Positions 61,801-64,000 of a DNA stretch of 64,000 bases are shown here, piece after piece. A model generated the notes under the pieces. It did not search any database and was not told where the DNA came from. It saw nothing but the letters and a program-made list of their open reading frames with translations. A program made the position numbers and the translations under genes. The stretch lies in assembly GCF_009914755.1 (NCBI RefSeq), contig NC_060927.1. One strand, given 5' to 3'. Positions within the stretch are counted from its first letter, which is position 1; each line of letters opens with the position of its first letter. This DNA comes from the human T2T-CHM13v2.0 reference genome, Homo sapiens.

Positions 61801-62290
61801 TGTACATAAAATATGAAAGTACTTCAAATATATATTTTATTCTGTACAAAAAATATCAAAGTACACCAAACATATATTCTATAGTGTACATAAAATATCA
61901 AATTACCCAAACTATACATTATATACTGTACATAAAATATGAAATTACATCAAGTATATATTATATTAGGTACATAAATTATGAAAGTACATCAAATATA
62001 GATTATATACTGTACATAAAATACCAAAGTACCACAAATATATATTTTCTACTGTACATGAAATATCAAAGTTCACAAACTATATATTATATACTGTACA
62101 TAAAATATCAAAGATCTCAAGGTATATATTCTATACTGTACAAAAAATATCAAAGTACCCAAAGCATGTATTATATACTGTACATAAAATATGAAAGTAC
62201 ATCAAATATATATTTTATTCTGTACATAAAATATCAAAGTACACCAAATATATATTCTACAGTGTACATAAAATATGAAAGTACCCAAAC
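58900..62290 (+). repeat. Diverged (probably older) HSat1A layer with many private substitutions, 1-bp indels and a residual 756-bp period
   Basis: Visibly more private changes than elsewhere (e.g. CAACGTAACTC, CCAAACAAAC, CAACCTAACC). m9 reads CCAAATAT rather than CCAGATAT. Markers 756 apart: GAATATACCC 60219/60975, the C of CTGCACATA 60585/61341, TACTTAAAA 60711/61467. Confidence 0.75.
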
Positions 62291-64000
62291 TATACATTAC
62301 ATGCTGTACATAAAATATGAAATTATATCAAATATATATTATATTAGGAACATAAAATATGAAAGTACAAAAAATATAGATTATTAACTGTACATAAAAT
62401 ATCAAAGAACCCCAAATATATATTATATACTGTACATGAGATATCAAACTTCACAAACTATATATTATATAGTGTACATAAAATATCAAAGTACCCAAGG
62501 TATATATTCTATACTGTACAAAAAATATCAAAGTACCCAAAGCATGTATTATATACTGTACATAAAAGATGAAAGTACATCAAATATATATTTTATTCTG
62601 TACATAAAATATCAAAGTACACCAGATATATATTTTATAGTGTACATAAAATATCAAAGTACCCAAACTATACATTATATACTGTACATAAAATATGAAA
62701 TTACATCAAATATATATTATATTAGGTACATAAAATATGAAAGTACATCAAATATAGATTATATACTGTACATAAAATTTAAAAGTACCCCAAATATATA
62801 TTATATACTGTACATGAAATATCAAAACACACAAACTATATATTATATACTGTAGAAAAAATATCAAAGTACCCAAAGCAAGTATTATATACTGTACATA
62901 AAAGATGAAAGTACATCAAATATATATTTTATTCTGTACATAAAATATCAAAGTACACCAGATATATATTTTATAGTGTACATAAAATATCAAGGTACCC
63001 AAACTATACATTATATACTGTACATAAAATATGAAATTACATCAAATATATATTATATTAGGTACATAAAATATGAAAGTACATCAAATATAGATTATTA
63101 AGTGTACATAAAATATCAAAGAACCCCAAATATATATTATATACTGTACATGAAATATCAAAGTTCACAAACTATATATTATATACTGTACATAAAATAT
63201 CAAAGTACCCAAGGTATATATTCTATACTGTACAAAAAATATCAAAGTACCCAAAGCATGTATTATATACTGTACATAAAATATGAAAGTACATCAAATA
63301 TATATTTGATTCTGTACATAAAATAACAAAGTACACCAGATATATATTTTATAGTGCACATAAAATATCAAAGTACCCAAACTGTACATTACATGCTGTA
63401 CATAAAATATGAAATTACATCAAATATATATTATATTAGGAACATAAAATATGAAAGTACATCAAATATAGATTATTAACTGTACATAAAATATCAAAGA
63501 ACCACAAATATATATTATATACTGTACATGAGATATCAAACTTCACAAACTATATATTATATACTGTACATAAAATATCAAAGTACCCAAGGTATATATT
63601 CTATACTGTACAAAAAATATCAAAGTATCCAAAGCATGTATTATATACTGTACATAAAAGATGAAATACATCAAATATATATTTCATTCTGTACATAAAA
63701 TATCATAGTACACCAGATATATATTTTATAGTGTACATAAAATATCAAAGTACCCAAACTATACATTATATACTGTACATAAAATATGAAATTACATCAA
63801 ATATATATTATATAAGGTACGTAAAATATGAAAGTACATCAAATATAGATTATATACTGTACATAAAATGTAAAAGTACCCCAAATATATATTATATACT
63901 GTACATGAAATATCAAAACACACAAACTATATATTATATACTGTAGAAAAAATATCAAAGTATCCAAAGCAAGTATTATATACTGTACATAAAAGATGAA
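62290..64000 (+). repeat. Domain D copy 3 (1092-bp module), truncated by window end
   Basis: ATGAGATATC at 62436 and 63528; offset 5497 from copy 2. Confidence 0.85.

Larger units (their letters stand above)
1..64000 (+). repeat. Classical satellite I / HSat1A (SAR) tandem array, 42-bp monomer, basic 378-bp 9-mer HOR; runs off both window ends
   Basis: Seen: continuous 42-bp period; GT^AC sites give alternating 17-bp (ACATAAAATATCAAAGT) and 25-bp (ACCCAAACTATACATTATATACTGT) units; nine monomer types recur in fixed order every 378 bp; same orientation throughout. Known: the 17+25 RsaI structure defines human satellite I, and a 378-bp 9-mer is the described HSat1A HOR (arrays on chr3, chr4 and the acrocentrics). 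Confidence 0.96.

Noticed and set aside
184-63946. More than 150 ORFs (up to 430 aa, e.g. 12694-13986) encoding a YIKYQST.. 14-aa repeat as protein-coding genes
   Set aside because: They follow from a 42-bp monomer with one stop-free frame. Stops and frameshifts are freely propagated between copies, there is no unique domain or gene structure, and the DNA matches a known non-coding satellite.
1-64000. CRISPR-like array (conserved TGTACATAAAATAT repeat with variable spacers)
   Set aside because: The intervening segments are homologous to each other and cycle through nine types. There are no unique spacers, leader or cas genes.
1-64000. Alpha satellite, CENP-B boxes, HSat1B/DYZ2, HSat2/3 or telomeric repeat
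   Set aside because: No 171-bp period, no CENP-B box motif, no Alu-derived 2.4-kb unit, and no CATTC or TTAGGG runs. TTAGG occurs only once per HOR in m2.
1-64000. Inversions or transposon insertions within the array
   Set aside because: All lines read in the same A-rich orientation and I saw no non-satellite stretch. A very short insert could have been missed by eye.
1-64000. TATA boxes and minus-strand 3' splice-site-like TTTTATGTACAG motifs
   Set aside because: These are expected in a roughly 79% AT repeat. There is no supporting promoter or exon context.
1-64000. Assignment to a specific chromosome or species
   Set aside because: This needs alignment to T2T assemblies. HSat1A occurs on several human chromosomes and related sequence occurs in other apes, and I cannot tell them apart by eye.

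Overview
The whole 64-kb window is one uninterrupted, single-orientation AT-rich tandem satellite array (about 21% GC from my count of one monomer, A-rich + strand, very few CpG). The monomer is 42 bp and is cut by two GTAC (RsaI) sites into a 17-bp unit (ACATAAAATATC/GAAAGT) and a 25-bp unit (ACCCAAACTATACATTATATACTGT-like). This matches human classical satellite I / HSat1A (Repbase SAR). Nine distinguishable monomers (m1-m9) form a 378-bp higher-order repeat (HOR). I saw no genes, RNA genes, transposons, inversions or unique sequence. The ORF track arises because 42 is divisible by 3 and one + strand frame has no stop in the consensus. The informative signal is internal. The array is a mosaic of haplotype domains with 588-bp (14-mer), 1932-bp (46-mer), 373/751-bp (5-bp-deletion), 1092-bp (26-mer) and old 756-bp periodicities. 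It also has recurrent monomer-skipping junctions and kb-scale blocks copied 2-52 kb away. Two strand-specific RNA motif arrays are hypotheses only: about 6 Pumilio elements (UGUACAUA) per HOR on the + strand and one AAUAAA per HOR on the - strand. I found no evidence for a new protein-based system, and I cannot assign the chromosome or species (human or another ape) from this window.
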